The position numbers were made by a program, and so were the translations under genes. From NCBI GenBank assembly GCA_964628355.1, contig CAZVNB010000014.1:1-63624 (forward strand): a stretch of 63,624 nucleotides of DNA. The letters run 5' to 3'. Positions 17,902 through 28,037 of this stretch are shown one piece after another (position 1 is the stretch's first letter; every line of letters begins with the position of its first letter). The notes beneath the pieces are model-generated. The model saw only the letters and a program-made list of their open reading frames with translations. It was not told the origin of the DNA and ran no database searches. The DNA comes from an uncultured Planctomycetia bacterium (GTDB lineage: Bacteria; Omnitrophota; Gorgyraeia; 2-02-FULL-51-18).

Positions 17902-18755
17902 ACATGACTGGTAAAATCAAAACATTTTTTGAACTGATTAAATTCGAGCATACGGTATTTGCATTGCCGTTTGCGTATTTGGGTTTGTGGATGGCAAAAA
18001 AAAGCTGGCCGTCTTGGCGCTTGTTTTTGGCGGTGACTATTGCGATGGTTAGCGCGCGCACGGCCGGGATGACGCTCAACCGTATCGCCGACTGGGCCAT
18101 CGACGCAAAAAATCCGAGAACTAGAAAACGGGCGCTGGTGACCGGTGATTTTTCAATTTTTACGGCTTGGATTGCGGTGGCGGTTTCGGTGCTGATTTTT
18201 TTTCTGGCGGCGGCCTTGCTAAATCCACTTTGTTTTAAGTTGTCTCCGATTGCCCTGTTTTTGATTTCGGGGTATCATTACGTCAAACGCTTCAGTTTTC
18301 TCTGTCATTTTGCGCTTGGGGCAGTGCTTGGCATTGCGCCTGTCGGAGGATGGCTGGCGGCCACCGGGCATTTTTCCTGGCTGCCATTGCCGTTGGCTTT
18401 GGCCGTGATGGCCTGGGTAGCGGGATTCGATATTTTGTACAGTTTACAGGACATGGATTTTGATAAATCTATGGGGCTACATTCCGTTCCGGCACGGTTT
18501 GGCCTCAACCAGTCGCTTAAGATTTCATTTCTATGTCATGTGGCGGCCGTGGCATTCCTGGCGCTTTTTGGTTTTGTGGCGCAGCTGGGGATTTTGTACG
18601 CTTGCGGGGTTTTTATTACGGCTGTTTTGTTGAAAATTGAACATTCTTTGGTCGCGGACGGCGATTTATCGCGTTTGAACACGGCTTTTTTCACGATCAA
18701 TGGCTGGATCGGGATTTTGCTTTTTGTATTTGCTTTCATGGATGTGTACCGATGA
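17898..18755 (+). CDS. mqnP: UbiA-like polyprenyltransferase (MqnP)
   Basis: IKFEHTVFALPFAY, NRIADWAIDAKNPRT, FDILYSLQDMDFD, AFFTINGWIG. Start is TTG 17898 or ATG 17904. Confidence 0.9.
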   Translation: MNMTGKIKTFFELIKFEHTVFALPFAYLGLWMAKKSWPSWRLFLAVTIAMVSARTAGMTLNRIADWAIDAKNPRTRKRALVTGDFSIFTAWIAVAVSVLIFFLAAALLNPLCFKLSPIALFLISGYHYVKRFSFLCHFALGAVLGIAPVGGWLAATGHFSWLPLPLALAVMAWVAGFDILYSLQDMDFDKSMGLHSVPARFGLNQSLKISFLCHVAAVAFLALFGFVAQLGILYACGVFITAVLLKIEHSLVADGDLSRLNTAFFTINGWIGILLFVFAFMDVYR

Positions 18756-19363
18756 AAAAAATTATTGTGGGTATTACCGGCGCCAGCGGAGCCATTTTAG
18801 GTCAAAGGTTGGTGCGTTTTCTGCTGGATGATGGCAACCAAACGCATGTCATCATCAGCCCCAGCGGCGTGTCGGTGTTTGCCGAGGAGTTGGGAATAAA
18901 ACTTGGTAAGTCCCACCAAGAAATCCGAAAAAACTTTCTCAAACAGTATTCGAATCATAAAAATCTTGAGGTAGTGCCGGCGGATGATTTTGCGGCAAAA
19001 ATTTCCAGCGGCTCTTCTTGCATCGACGCGATGGTGATCGCGCCCTGTAGCATGTCCACGGCGGCGGCTGTTGCGCACGGGCTAACATTGAACCTCATCC
19101 ACCGGGCAGCCAGCGTATCGATCAAGGAAAAAAGGCCTTTGATAGTAGTGCCGCGGGAAAGCCCCATGAGCAGCATTCATTTGAGAAATCTTTTGACGCT
19201 TTCCGAAACGGGTGCGTACGTGGTGCCGGCCACCACAGCGTTTTATCACAAGCCAAAAACAGTGGAAGAAATGGTAGATTTCACGCTTGGAAGAGTGCTT
19301 GATATTTTAAAAATAAAGCATAAACTGTTTACGCGTTGGCGCGCGACTGGCGCCGAAGAGTGA
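18752..19363 (+). CDS. ubiX: Flavin prenyltransferase UbiX (MqnM)
   Basis: VGITGASG, ISSGS, IAPCSM, PRESP, AFYHKP. Confidence 0.94.
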   Translation: MKKIIVGITGASGAILGQRLVRFLLDDGNQTHVIISPSGVSVFAEELGIKLGKSHQEIRKNFLKQYSNHKNLEVVPADDFAAKISSGSSCIDAMVIAPCSMSTAAAVAHGLTLNLIHRAASVSIKEKRPLIVVPRESPMSSIHLRNLLTLSETGAYVVPATTAFYHKPKTVEEMVDFTLGRVLDILKIKHKLFTRWRATGAEE

Positions 19364-19365
19364 TT

Positions 19366-19437
19366 TGTCATTGTGAGGCCACGAAGTGGCCGAAGCAATC
19401 TGATCGGTTAGATTGCTTCGCTGCGCTCGCAATGACA
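19366..19437. repeat. 72-bp REP-like palindromic element (GTCATTGCGAG...GAAGCAATC...GATTGCTTC...CTCGCAATGAC type)
   Basis: Outer IR TGTCATTGTGAG/CTCGCAATGACA (11/12). Inner perfect 11-bp stem CGAAGCAATCT/AGATTGCTTCG. Side hairpin GGCCAC-GAA-GTGGCC. Confidence 0.85.
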
Positions 19438-19450
19438 CAAAGTGAGTGGT

Positions 19451-20557
19451 ATGAAAACTATTAAAGAATTCGCGGACATTTTTGACAAAGTAAATGCTGG
19501 AATCCGTCTTTCCCAGGACGATGGGAACCGTCTTATCCAATCCCATAACGTCGTGGAGCTGGGCGCCATGGCTGATTTCGTCAAGCGTCGCCTGCATGGA
19601 AACAAGGCGCATTTCACGCATAGCATCAACGTAAATCATTCGAATATTTGTGTTTTGAGCTGCAAATTTTGTGCATTTGCGAAGACAAAAAAAGATAAGG
19701 AGGCTTATTCGCTGTCCGTGGATGAGATCCAACGTCGCGTCGTCAACGCTGCCAAACATGGCGTATGGGAAGTGCACATCGTCGGTGGTTTGGACCCGGA
19801 TCTGAAACTTTCTTATTATGAAGAAATGCTGCGTGGCATCAAAAAAAATTGTCCCGGCGTTTTAATCCAAGCGTTTACGGCGGTGGAATTGGATTTTTAT
19901 GCGCGTCTTGAAAAAATAGATGTACAAGAAGTCATCGACCGTTTGATCCAGGCGGGGTTAGGCGGCGTACCCGGCGGCGGCGCCGAGATTTTTAGCCAGC
20001 GCGCGCGCGCGCTTATTTGCGCGCCAAAAATCAGCGCGCAGCGCTGGTTGGACATTCACAAGCTTGTGCATCGCGCAGGACTTCGTTCCAACGCGACCAT
20101 GCTTTATGGACATGTGGAAACACCACAAGAGCGCGTGGATCACATGATTCGCTTGCGAAACACCCAGGATGAAACGGGCGGGTTTCTCGCGTTTGTGCCT
20201 CTGGCATTTCAACCGGACCATACGGAACTTTCTTATCTGCCCAGAACCAGCGGTGTGACGGATTTGCAAGTTTTGGCCACGGCAAGGCTCTTGCTGGATA
20301 ATTTTTTGCATATTCGTCAGCTTTGGAATTATGTAGATGAAAAATTTATCCATGTGGCGATGCACACGGGAGTGGATGATCTGGGCGGCACTAATTTTGA
20401 TGAAACCATTGCCAAGGCAGCCGGCTCTCAGTCCAAGGGCTTCACTTACCAAGAGCTGGTGAAATTGATTGTGTCCAATGGACTGGAAGCGATGGAAGTC
20501 AACAGCACTTACACCGATATCCGTAAAGAAAGTTTGGTCGCTGTGGGTTCAGAATGA
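19451..20557 (+). CDS. mqnE: Aminofutalosine synthase (radical SAM)
   Basis: NICVLSCKFCAF (CX3CX2C), EVHIVGG, PGGGAEIF, NATMLYGHVET, ARLLLDNF. Start ATG 19451 (GTG 19442 possible). Confidence 0.88.
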   Translation: MKTIKEFADIFDKVNAGIRLSQDDGNRLIQSHNVVELGAMADFVKRRLHGNKAHFTHSINVNHSNICVLSCKFCAFAKTKKDKEAYSLSVDEIQRRVVNAAKHGVWEVHIVGGLDPDLKLSYYEEMLRGIKKNCPGVLIQAFTAVELDFYARLEKIDVQEVIDRLIQAGLGGVPGGGAEIFSQRARALICAPKISAQRWLDIHKLVHRAGLRSNATMLYGHVETPQERVDHMIRLRNTQDETGGFLAFVPLAFQPDHTELSYLPRTSGVTDLQVLATARLLLDNFLHIRQLWNYVDEKFIHVAMHTGVDDLGGTNFDETIAKAAGSQSKGFTYQELVKLIVSNGLEAMEVNSTYTDIRKESLVAVGSE

Positions 20558-21447
20558 GCGCCTTGCTCCTGGGGTCCATCGAGTTTATCAATTCGCTTCC
20601 GGTCGATTTTGGTTTTTTGAGCGGCCAGATCCCTATGGAAGCCCAAATCCGCATCGACTCGCCCAATCATTTGAATGAGGCGCTGCAGTGCGGACAGTTG
20701 GACATCAGCCCAGTGTCGGCGTTGTGGTATGCGCAGCACGCGGGAGAATTTTTATTGTTACCGGAATTGTCCATTAGCTCCGAAAGTTCCGTGGACAGCG
20801 TACTTCTTTTTAGCAATAGGCCTATAGAGGAATTAAAAGGCTGTCCTATTGGCGTAACGGCCAAAGGACGAACAACGCCGGTTCTTCTGGAGATTCTTTG
20901 CCGGGAGCGTTATGGTTTTGCGCCACAATGTCATTTGTTGGAAACCAAACCTGGAATTTCTTCGACACAACCCCACGCTGTTCTTCTTATCGGGGATGAG
21001 GCCTTGGTATTCAAGGAAAGGCTGTCTCGTCAGCAGTGTTTTGTGACAGACCTGGCCGAAGAATGGCGTTCCTGGACGGGGCTTGCTTTCGTGTTTGCGG
21101 TGTGGGTGGTGCGCCGAGACTATTTTCTGTCCAACGCCGAACGCGTGCACGAAATTCATGAAAAGATTTTAAAATCAAAAAAATGGGGTTTGGATCACAT
21201 GGACCTCGTGCTGGATGAAGCAAGGCGACGCACGGGTCTTTCCCAAGTTGTTCTGTCGCGGTATTTTTCGAAACTTTCTTTCGACTTTGATGAAAATCTG
21301 AAGAATGGCTTGAGACATTATCTGGAGTTGGCCCGCAAACTGGGTTTTTTAAAAACAATACAGGAGTTTGACGAATTACCCGTTATTGCCGATAGCCAAG
21401 TGTCCAGCGCCTTGACTGGCAACGACCAAAAAGGCCTCCGGATATGA
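20554..21447 (+). CDS. mqnA: Chorismate dehydratase (menaquinone biosynthesis protein)
   Basis: GSIEFINSLPV, DISPVS, VDSVLLFS, LLIGDEAL, GLAFVFAVW. Confidence 0.9.
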   Translation: MSALLLGSIEFINSLPVDFGFLSGQIPMEAQIRIDSPNHLNEALQCGQLDISPVSALWYAQHAGEFLLLPELSISSESSVDSVLLFSNRPIEELKGCPIGVTAKGRTTPVLLEILCRERYGFAPQCHLLETKPGISSTQPHAVLLIGDEALVFKERLSRQQCFVTDLAEEWRSWTGLAFVFAVWVVRRDYFLSNAERVHEIHEKILKSKKWGLDHMDLVLDEARRRTGLSQVVLSRYFSKLSFDFDENLKNGLRHYLELARKLGFLKTIQEFDELPVIADSQVSSALTGNDQKGLRI

Positions 21448-22556
21448 CCGTTCACGAGGTGTTGGACAATGCCCTTCAAGGCTCTCGCGTCACCATCGAG
21501 GAGGGGGTGAAGCTGTTTGAACAGGCGGATTTGTTTGATTTAGGCGCGGTGGCCGATACGCTCAATCATCAAAAAAATCCTGAGTCGAAATATCGCGCCA
21601 CGTTCGTTGTGGATCGCAATATCAACTATACGAACATTTGCTACACTTATTGCAAATTTTGCGCTTTTTATCGTGAGGTGGGGGATACGCGCGAGGGGTA
21701 TTTACGCACGCAGGAGGAGATCTTTCAAAAAATCGAAGAATTGTTAGCGCTGGGAGGCACGCAGGTGCTGATGCAAGGCGGTCACAACCCGGATCTGGGG
21801 ATCGATTATTATGAAAAATTGGTGCGCGCCGTGCATCAGCGTTTTCCGCAGGTACAGGTGCATTCTTTTTCCGCCTCGGAAGTGCAGCATATTTCCAGGG
21901 TTTCCAAAATATCCATCCGCGAAGTGTTGCTCAGGCTAAAAGCCGCTGGACTCAACAGCCTGCCGGGTGGCGGCGCCGAGATTTTAGTGGATCGCGTGCG
22001 GCAACTGGTGAGCCCCCTTAAAACAAAGACGGCCGAGTATTTCGACGTGCATCGCACGGCGCATGAAGTGGGGCTGAAAAGCACCTCCACGATGGTGTAT
22101 GGACTCGGAGAAACGATCCAGGAGCGGATGATGCATTTGGACGCTTACCGGCGATTGCAGGATGAAACCGGAGGATTTCGCGCTTTTATTCCCTGGAGTT
22201 TTGAATCCCAGTCCACCGAGATGAGCATGCCGCGTTGCACCGGCGCCGAATACCTGCGCATGATCGCTCTTTCGAGAATTATGCTGGATAACATACAGCA
22301 CTTGCAGGCCGGTTGGGTGACTGAGGGACCGAAGCTTTCGCAGATTGCTTTGTGTTACGGCGCAGATGATTTCGGAGGAATATTGATGGAAGAAAATGTG
22401 GTGAGCGCCACCAAAAGCGATAGGCTTTACTCCGAAGTCAGCAAAGAGGAGGCGATCCGTTTGATTCGTGAAGCGGGCAAGCTTCCTGTCCAGCGCAATA
22501 CCAATTACGAGGTGGTGCGCGTTTATTCCGAAGAACTGAGTTTTTTAATCGCTTGA
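21444..22556 (+). CDS. mqnC: Cyclic dehypoxanthine futalosine synthase (radical SAM)
   Basis: [55 protein letters not shown]. Confidence 0.93.
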   Translation: MTVHEVLDNALQGSRVTIEEGVKLFEQADLFDLGAVADTLNHQKNPESKYRATFVVDRNINYTNICYTYCKFCAFYREVGDTREGYLRTQEEIFQKIEELLALGGTQVLMQGGHNPDLGIDYYEKLVRAVHQRFPQVQVHSFSASEVQHISRVSKISIREVLLRLKAAGLNSLPGGGAEILVDRVRQLVSPLKTKTAEYFDVHRTAHEVGLKSTSTMVYGLGETIQERMMHLDAYRRLQDETGGFRAFIPWSFESQSTEMSMPRCTGAEYLRMIALSRIMLDNIQHLQAGWVTEGPKLSQIALCYGADDFGGILMEENVVSATKSDRLYSEVSKEEAIRLIREAGKLPVQRNTNYEVVRVYSEELSFLIA

Positions 22557-23158
22557 AACTTCCCGTGAGTGCCCGCTTGCAATCCGCGCGTCCCTTTGTT
22601 TCGCATCCGACCAGCGAGGTGCACGAAAACGCCCAAGTGGGCGAGGGCACTCAGATATGGCACTTTTGTCACGTGATGCCGGGAGCTAAGATCGGAAAAA
22701 ATTGTGTGCTGGGTCAAAACGTTTTTGTGGGAAAAGGCGCAAACATCGGCAACGGCGTCAAAATTCAAAATAATGTTTCCATTTATGACGGCGTAGTGCT
22801 CGAAGACGACGTATTTTGCGGGCCCTCTTGCGTATTCACCAACGTCAAAAATCCGCGCAGCCATATTTCGAGAAAAAAAGAATTCGGAGCCACACGGGTC
22901 AAGCGCGGGGCAACGATCGGCGCGAACGCCACGATACTTTGTGGTCACACCATCGGTTCCTACGCTTTTATCGGCGCTGCTTCACTAGTAACGTGCGACG
23001 TGCCGGATTATGCGCTCGTGTTTGGGGTTCCTGCTCGACTGGCTGGCTGGATGTGCCGGTGCGGGGAGAAACTAACTTTCAAAAAACAACGTGCGGGCTG
23101 CGCCCGTTGCGGCCAGGCTTATTCAAAAAAGAAAAACAGGCTGGAAACCATTGTCTGA
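22553..23158 (+). CDS. WbpD-like hexapeptide-repeat sugar N-acetyltransferase
   Basis: [48 protein letters not shown]; TTG start overlaps the mqnC stop. Confidence 0.88.
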   Translation: MKLPVSARLQSARPFVSHPTSEVHENAQVGEGTQIWHFCHVMPGAKIGKNCVLGQNVFVGKGANIGNGVKIQNNVSIYDGVVLEDDVFCGPSCVFTNVKNPRSHISRKKEFGATRVKRGATIGANATILCGHTIGSYAFIGAASLVTCDVPDYALVFGVPARLAGWMCRCGEKLTFKKQRAGCARCGQAYSKKKNRLETIV

Positions 23159-24260
23159 CCTCGCTGTCCCATTTATTGACTTTAAAGTCCAATCCAGGCG
23201 CTTAGAGAAAGACGTGAAGGGTGCCGTGGCTCGCGTATTGGATTCCCAGCAGTTTATCTTAAAAGAGAACGTTCTTCAGCTTGAAGAGGCTATTGCAAAA
23301 AAAATCGGCGCGCGCTACGCCGTTGGCGTGGCTTCGGGTTCGGACGCGCTTTATTTAGCTCTTTGGGCGCTCGGGATTGGCCCAGGCGATGAAGTGATCA
23401 CAACGCCATTCACTTTCTTTGCGACTGTGGGGGCTATTTCACGCACCGGTGCCGAGCCTGTTTTTGCCGATATTGATCCCGATACCTTCAATCTCGACCC
23501 GTCAGATTTCGAGCGCCGCATTACTTCTAAAACCAAAGCGGTGATCCCAGTTCATCTTTTTGGATTGCCTTGCGAAATGGACGCTATTTGTAAGATCGCG
23601 GCTAATCATTCCCTTTTTGTAGTGGAAGACGCAGCACAGTCCTTTGGTGCCGCTTACGCTGGAAAACAGACAGCCTCGATGGGCGATGCGGGCAGCCTTT
23701 CTTTTTTTCCTACGAAAAATTTAGGCGGTGCCGGCGACGGGGGAATGGTGACGACCTCTTCATCGGATCTTGCCGAAAAAATAAAAATCCTCCGTGTTCA
23801 CGGTTCGAAAAAAAAATATTATCATGAGGTGATAGGGATTAATAGCCGTTTGGACGAGATACAAGCCGCCGTTGTTTTGACCAAGTTAAAATATATTGAT
23901 GAGTGGAACGCCGCCAGGCAAGAGCATGCGCGGCGTTACAGTGAAGGTTTGAAAGGTTTGCCGATTCAGCTGCCCAAAGATCGTCCAAAAGCCATTTCTA
24001 CCTTCCACATCTATTCTATTTTAAGTGAACAGCGAGATGCTTTGAGCGAGTATCTGTCCAAAAAACGCATAGGCAACGGCGTTTATTACCCGCTACCTAT
24101 TCACCTGCAACCTTGTTACGCTTCCTTAGGCTATCAAAAGGGGGATTTTACGGTGAGTGAAAGAGTGGCTTCTAAAATTTTGGCCTTACCGATGTATCCC
24201 GAACTGACTTCGAAAAACGTGGATTATGTGATTGAGGCCATCCGCGCTTTCCACGCATGA
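23151..24260 (+). CDS. WbpE-like DegT/DnrJ/EryC1/StrS aminotransferase
   Basis: [32 protein letters not shown] (PLP Lys), [10 protein letters not shown]. Start TTG 23151. Confidence 0.92.
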   Translation: MSDLAVPFIDFKVQSRRLEKDVKGAVARVLDSQQFILKENVLQLEEAIAKKIGARYAVGVASGSDALYLALWALGIGPGDEVITTPFTFFATVGAISRTGAEPVFADIDPDTFNLDPSDFERRITSKTKAVIPVHLFGLPCEMDAICKIAANHSLFVVEDAAQSFGAAYAGKQTASMGDAGSLSFFPTKNLGGAGDGGMVTTSSSDLAEKIKILRVHGSKKKYYHEVIGINSRLDEIQAAVVLTKLKYIDEWNAARQEHARRYSEGLKGLPIQLPKDRPKAISTFHIYSILSEQRDALSEYLSKKRIGNGVYYPLPIHLQPCYASLGYQKGDFTVSERVASKILALPMYPELTSKNVDYVIEAIRAFHA

Positions 24261-25003
24261 TTTATATTTTTTTACCGGCTTATAATGAAGAAATCGCTCT
24301 CCCTCGGCTCGTAAAAAAATTCAATGAGGTTTTAAGGGAGGAGTTTCGATCCTACCAAATCCTTCTGTTGGATGATGGCAGTTCTGATCGGACGATTGCC
24401 GTCGCCGAAGAACTCGCAAAACGATATCCCATTCAATTGCTGCGTCATGAAAAAAATAAAGGACTCGGCGAAACGATGCGTGATGGTTTTGAGCATCTTG
24501 TAAAAATAGTCCAAGACGATGACGTGATTGTGACGCTTGATTGCGACGATACGCACGAGCCTGGATTTTTGCCGGCTGCCATCAAAAAGCTGAATACCGG
24601 CTACGACTTGGTGATTTTGTCCCGTTTTTGTGAGGGGGGAGGGCAGGAGGGTCTTTCCGCAACAAAAGTTTTTTTGAGTCAGGGTGCCGGATTTTTTTTA
24701 AAGTTGTTCTTTCCAATCCGCGGTGTCAAAGAATATAGCTGTAATTATCGCGTGTTTCGCGGAGCTATTTTAAAAAAGGCGGGCCGGGTTTTTGGAAAGG
24801 ACTTTATCCGGCTCGCGCATCTGGGATTTGCAGTTTCGCCGGAAATCCTGATCAAAATGCGACTGTTAGGCGCTAAGATCAGTGAATCGCCGTTTATGTT
24901 ACGGTATGGTCAGAAACCTACGCCAAGCAAAAATAATTCGCTTCGGACCATCAGAGGTTATTTTGCGATTGTCTGGAATTATTGGGGGCGGAGTTTGGGT
25001 TGA
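24257..25003 (+). CDS. GT2 glycosyltransferase, polyprenol-phosphate sugar synthase (DPM1/ArnC)-like
   Basis: PAYNEE, DDGSSD, LDCDDTH, LILSRF, EYSCNYR. Confidence 0.88.
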   Translation: MIYIFLPAYNEEIALPRLVKKFNEVLREEFRSYQILLLDDGSSDRTIAVAEELAKRYPIQLLRHEKNKGLGETMRDGFEHLVKIVQDDDVIVTLDCDDTHEPGFLPAAIKKLNTGYDLVILSRFCEGGGQEGLSATKVFLSQGAGFFLKLFFPIRGVKEYSCNYRVFRGAILKKAGRVFGKDFIRLAHLGFAVSPEILIKMRLLGAKISESPFMLRYGQKPTPSKNNSLRTIRGYFAIVWNYWGRSLG

Positions 25004-26354
25004 ATTTAAGACTAAGCCAAACCACGCCAAAATAGATTCCGCAAGCAATGATCGTTAAATAATTTATTCTTTTGTAAAAGGCCAGAAGCGCAACTGCCGA
25101 ATACAGAGTCGCCAGAAGCGTCGTTTTTGGCCAGTCTGACAAAACCAGCCACGGAAATGCCCACAGCCAATACCATGCCATCAGAGGGCTGATCAGCATC
25201 GTATAAAAACCCAAGTAGATACCGGCGAGGCACCGGAAAATTTTAGTTGTTTCATTGCGGGAGGAGTGGAGATACCGGAAGATGAGCAAAAAATAAACGA
25301 ATAAATAAGAAATTAGAAAAATATATTTCACGACCATCCAATGCACATGAATACCAAGCTGCTCAAGCCCTTTTTGAAAAGCATAGGGGATGGAGCTGGT
25401 ATAAAACCAGTTTCCTGCCTTCAATAAAGGGTCGAATGTCCGAGAGCCTCCCCAGATCGGGGCGAACAAAAGGACTAGCATAAAAAAATTCAACAAGAAA
25501 TGGACGAGCAAAGATTTCCATATTTTTAAACGACATGGGGCCTCATTTTTTAAGATATAAATAAAATAAACGGGTAGAATCAAAAGGACCATGTATTTAA
25601 ACGCGAATGCAATTGTCCAAAAGAAAAAAGCCCGGCCGTATTTTTTGGACAAGAGAAAATAAACCGAGATCACCGAAAAGGACATCAGCGTGATGTCGTT
25701 GTGGCCGTCTATGGCGGCATTCACAAGAATAAACGGTGAATAAGCGTAAAGCAGCCATCCGAGGTTGTCTTTTTTAAATTTTTTAACGATTTGAAAGAAA
25801 AAGTAAACCGACGGCGTAAAAATAAGAAGCAAGGAGAACTTGTAAAACCACACCATGCCGCTGATATTGTTTGGGAACAGCAGCACCGGTAAAGTTTGAA
25901 GATAAACGGACAGAGGCCCGTAGGCGTCGGTTTGGTTGGGCCAGGTGTCGTAAGGCCTTAGAAGATCGTTGGGGTACTCGCTGGGCGTGTGCAAATAGGG
26001 AGAATCGTGATAAATCCCCAAAATCCTTCCGCGCATGAGGTAATACATCATGTCCCCTGAAAAAACAGGATGCGTTAGGCAAAGGCCGGCGGCAATCAAA
26101 AAGAACAAAATCCAGGATGTCGGTTTTTCCACTTCGAAGTTTCGATTGTTTATCCAATAGAGATAGCTGAGAAAGAGCAAAACATATATCGTTAAAATAG
26201 CGTATCGAACCAAAATCTTAAGAGGAGGCAAGTTATCCTCATGGGCATAACGGATGATCCAGGGAATGAGAAACAAGAGAAGGCTGCTCAGTAAGAAATA
26301 ACCTTGTTTTAGAGAGGATAATTTATTCGAGAGATTTTTAATTTTGTTTCTCAT
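24951..26354 (-). CDS. GT-C fold membrane glycosyltransferase, MptA/MptB (alpha-1,6-mannosyltransferase)-like
   Basis: PVFSGDMMYYLMRGRI...SPY...AYGPL, NAAIDGHND; many TM helices. Start ATG 26354. Confidence 0.7.
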   Translation of the reverse strand: MRNKIKNLSNKLSSLKQGYFLLSSLLLFLIPWIIRYAHEDNLPPLKILVRYAILTIYVLLFLSYLYWINNRNFEVEKPTSWILFFLIAAGLCLTHPVFSGDMMYYLMRGRILGIYHDSPYLHTPSEYPNDLLRPYDTWPNQTDAYGPLSVYLQTLPVLLFPNNISGMVWFYKFSLLLIFTPSVYFFFQIVKKFKKDNLGWLLYAYSPFILVNAAIDGHNDITLMSFSVISVYFLLSKKYGRAFFFWTIAFAFKYMVLLILPVYFIYILKNEAPCRLKIWKSLLVHFLLNFFMLVLLFAPIWGGSRTFDPLLKAGNWFYTSSIPYAFQKGLEQLGIHVHWMVVKYIFLISYLFVYFLLIFRYLHSSRNETTKIFRCLAGIYLGFYTMLISPLMAWYWLWAFPWLVLSDWPKTTLLATLYSAVALLAFYKRINYLTIIACGIYFGVVWLSLKFNPNSAPNNSRQSQNNL

Positions 26355-26361
26355 TAAACAT

Positions 26362-27240
26362 TCACCCAAGCCAGGTTTTTAAACCGGCGTTCAGGCCGCG
26401 TGGTGCGTAACCAAACGCTTTGACCGTTTTTTCGATCGAATAGGTCCGACCATGGTAGATATTCTGAAGTTGAGCGTTGCCCCAGCAAGCTGATTTAAAA
26501 AACCGATCCCCAAGTTTCGCCGCCACGGCATATACGAAGTAAGGAATCGGAATAACCAGTTTTCTTAGTCCTCGTACTTCCAGCGCTTTCTTGATAAAGT
26601 CATTGATTGTCACGGTTTCAGACCCCGCGATGATAAACTCACCGTGTATGTTTTTTTGGACTGCCCGCAGAAGGTACTCCACCATATCGTCGATGTAAAT
26701 CGGCTGAATTTTGCAAGTTAAACCGCCAAAGAGTGGGGCCAAGCAGCTCTTTTCGGCGGCATTGAAAAGACGCCCGAGGCCATGATTATCTCCGCGGCCG
26801 TAAACGAAGCAGGGACGAAGAATCAAGTGATTGGAGAAATTTCGCACGATATCCTCGGCCTCCCGTTTGGTGCTGGCGTAAGCGTCATGAAGGTCTTCGC
26901 GCAAGGCATTTTCAGTGCTAACCAATATAAAATGATCCACGCTTTGTTTTTTAGCGGCTTCGACGAGATGGCGCGTTCCTTCGACATTTACTTTTTGAAT
27001 TTCTTGAGGGTCTTTTTCTCGTAAAAGTGCCGCCAAATGAATGACACACCGAACGCCTTGAAGTGCTGCCACAAGATTTTTTGGCGAAGCAAGATCTTCG
27101 ACAATGACTTCGACGGAGGCGTTGTCTTTTATTTTTTGAACGGATCCGGGCCGCACCAGACAACGGACCTTGGAGAATGAGGCAAGTCGGGGGACCAAGT
27201 ATGACCCAATAAAACCGGTTGCGCCGGTAACTAAAATCAT
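26362..27240 (-). CDS. NAD-dependent epimerase/dehydratase (SDR)
   Basis: TGATGFIG, HLAA, YASTK. Confidence 0.88.
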   Translation of the reverse strand: MILVTGATGFIGSYLVPRLASFSKVRCLVRPGSVQKIKDNASVEVIVEDLASPKNLVAALQGVRCVIHLAALLREKDPQEIQKVNVEGTRHLVEAAKKQSVDHFILVSTENALREDLHDAYASTKREAEDIVRNFSNHLILRPCFVYGRGDNHGLGRLFNAAEKSCLAPLFGGLTCKIQPIYIDDMVEYLLRAVQKNIHGEFIIAGSETVTINDFIKKALEVRGLRKLVIPIPYFVYAVAAKLGDRFFKSACWGNAQLQNIYHGRTYSIEKTVKAFGYAPRGLNAGLKTWLG

Positions 27241-27244
27241 GGAC

Positions 27245-27946
27245 TTACCAAAGTTTAAAGCGAAGCTTTAGCATATCGAGCAGCATGGAGATGATGAGAT
27301 TTAAGCGTAGGCAGTGGGAGTTGCCGAATTTTCTCCGATAATGGTGTACGCCTATTTCCTTGACCGGAAACTTGAGCCGTTTGGACTGAAGTAGAAGCTC
27401 CATATCTACCAGGCCGCTGTTTGTGTGAAAGGAGATTTTATCCAGAAATTTACGATGGATTAGTTTAAAACTGCAGTCGATGTCTTTGAAATAGATACCA
27501 AAAAGTAGGAATGTGAGCAAATGGAAACACCTGCTGGTAAAAATTCGCTTAAACCCCTCAGCACGTTTTAAACGGTAGCCAATAATTACGTCAAAATTGC
27601 CTGTGTGTTCGGCGAGAAGCGCTAGCTCTGATACGTCATATTGGGCGTCGCCATCGGTATAAAAAACCCACTCTTTTAGGGTGTTTTTATAACCGCTGAT
27701 CATCGCTTGTCCCACGCCCATATTTTCTGAATGATGGACAACGCGAACTTCTTTGAATTCCTTGGCCAAACGGTCGGCAACCTCACCGGTTTTATCCGGG
27801 CTTTTATCGTCTACAATGATAATCTCATAATCATCCGTGAGTGTTTTGGCGACCTCGATGCAGGCGTGTGTGAGCGGTTCTACGGTGTTTTCGTCGTAAT
27901 AAGCGGGAAAGAAAATACTGAGACTAGGTAACGGTTTATTGCTCAT
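27245..27946 (-). CDS. GT2 glycosyltransferase, DPM-synthase-like
   Basis: FFPAYYDE, DDKSPD, YTDGDAQY, DIDCSFKL. Confidence 0.9.
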   Translation of the reverse strand: MSNKPLPSLSIFFPAYYDENTVEPLTHACIEVAKTLTDDYEIIIVDDKSPDKTGEVADRLAKEFKEVRVVHHSENMGVGQAMISGYKNTLKEWVFYTDGDAQYDVSELALLAEHTGNFDVIIGYRLKRAEGFKRIFTSRCFHLLTFLLFGIYFKDIDCSFKLIHRKFLDKISFHTNSGLVDMELLLQSKRLKFPVKEIGVHHYRRKFGNSHCLRLNLIISMLLDMLKLRFKLW

Positions 27947-27966
27947 AGGGTTATGGCTTCAAAGCC

Positions 27967-27997
27967 TTGTTTTTGCGCATCGTAAAGTGATATCATA
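27967..27997. promoter_or_regulatory. Overlapping divergent -10 elements between the inverted cassette and the next + strand genes
   Basis: Plus strand: TTGTTT, 18 bp, TG-A-TATCAT (27991-27996). Minus strand: TATGAT (27997-27992). Both sit within the palindrome TGATATCA. Confidence 0.4.
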
Positions 27998-28037
27998 ACT
28001 TATTCATGAAAATATTAAAATATCTTTTCATCCGCCG

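Noticed and set aside
3855-19437. CRISPR array or RNA gene interpretation of the two palindromic elements (3855-3976, 19366-19437)
   Set aside because: Each is a single copy with no repeat-spacer periodicity, no cas genes, and no tRNA or riboswitch features that I recognise.
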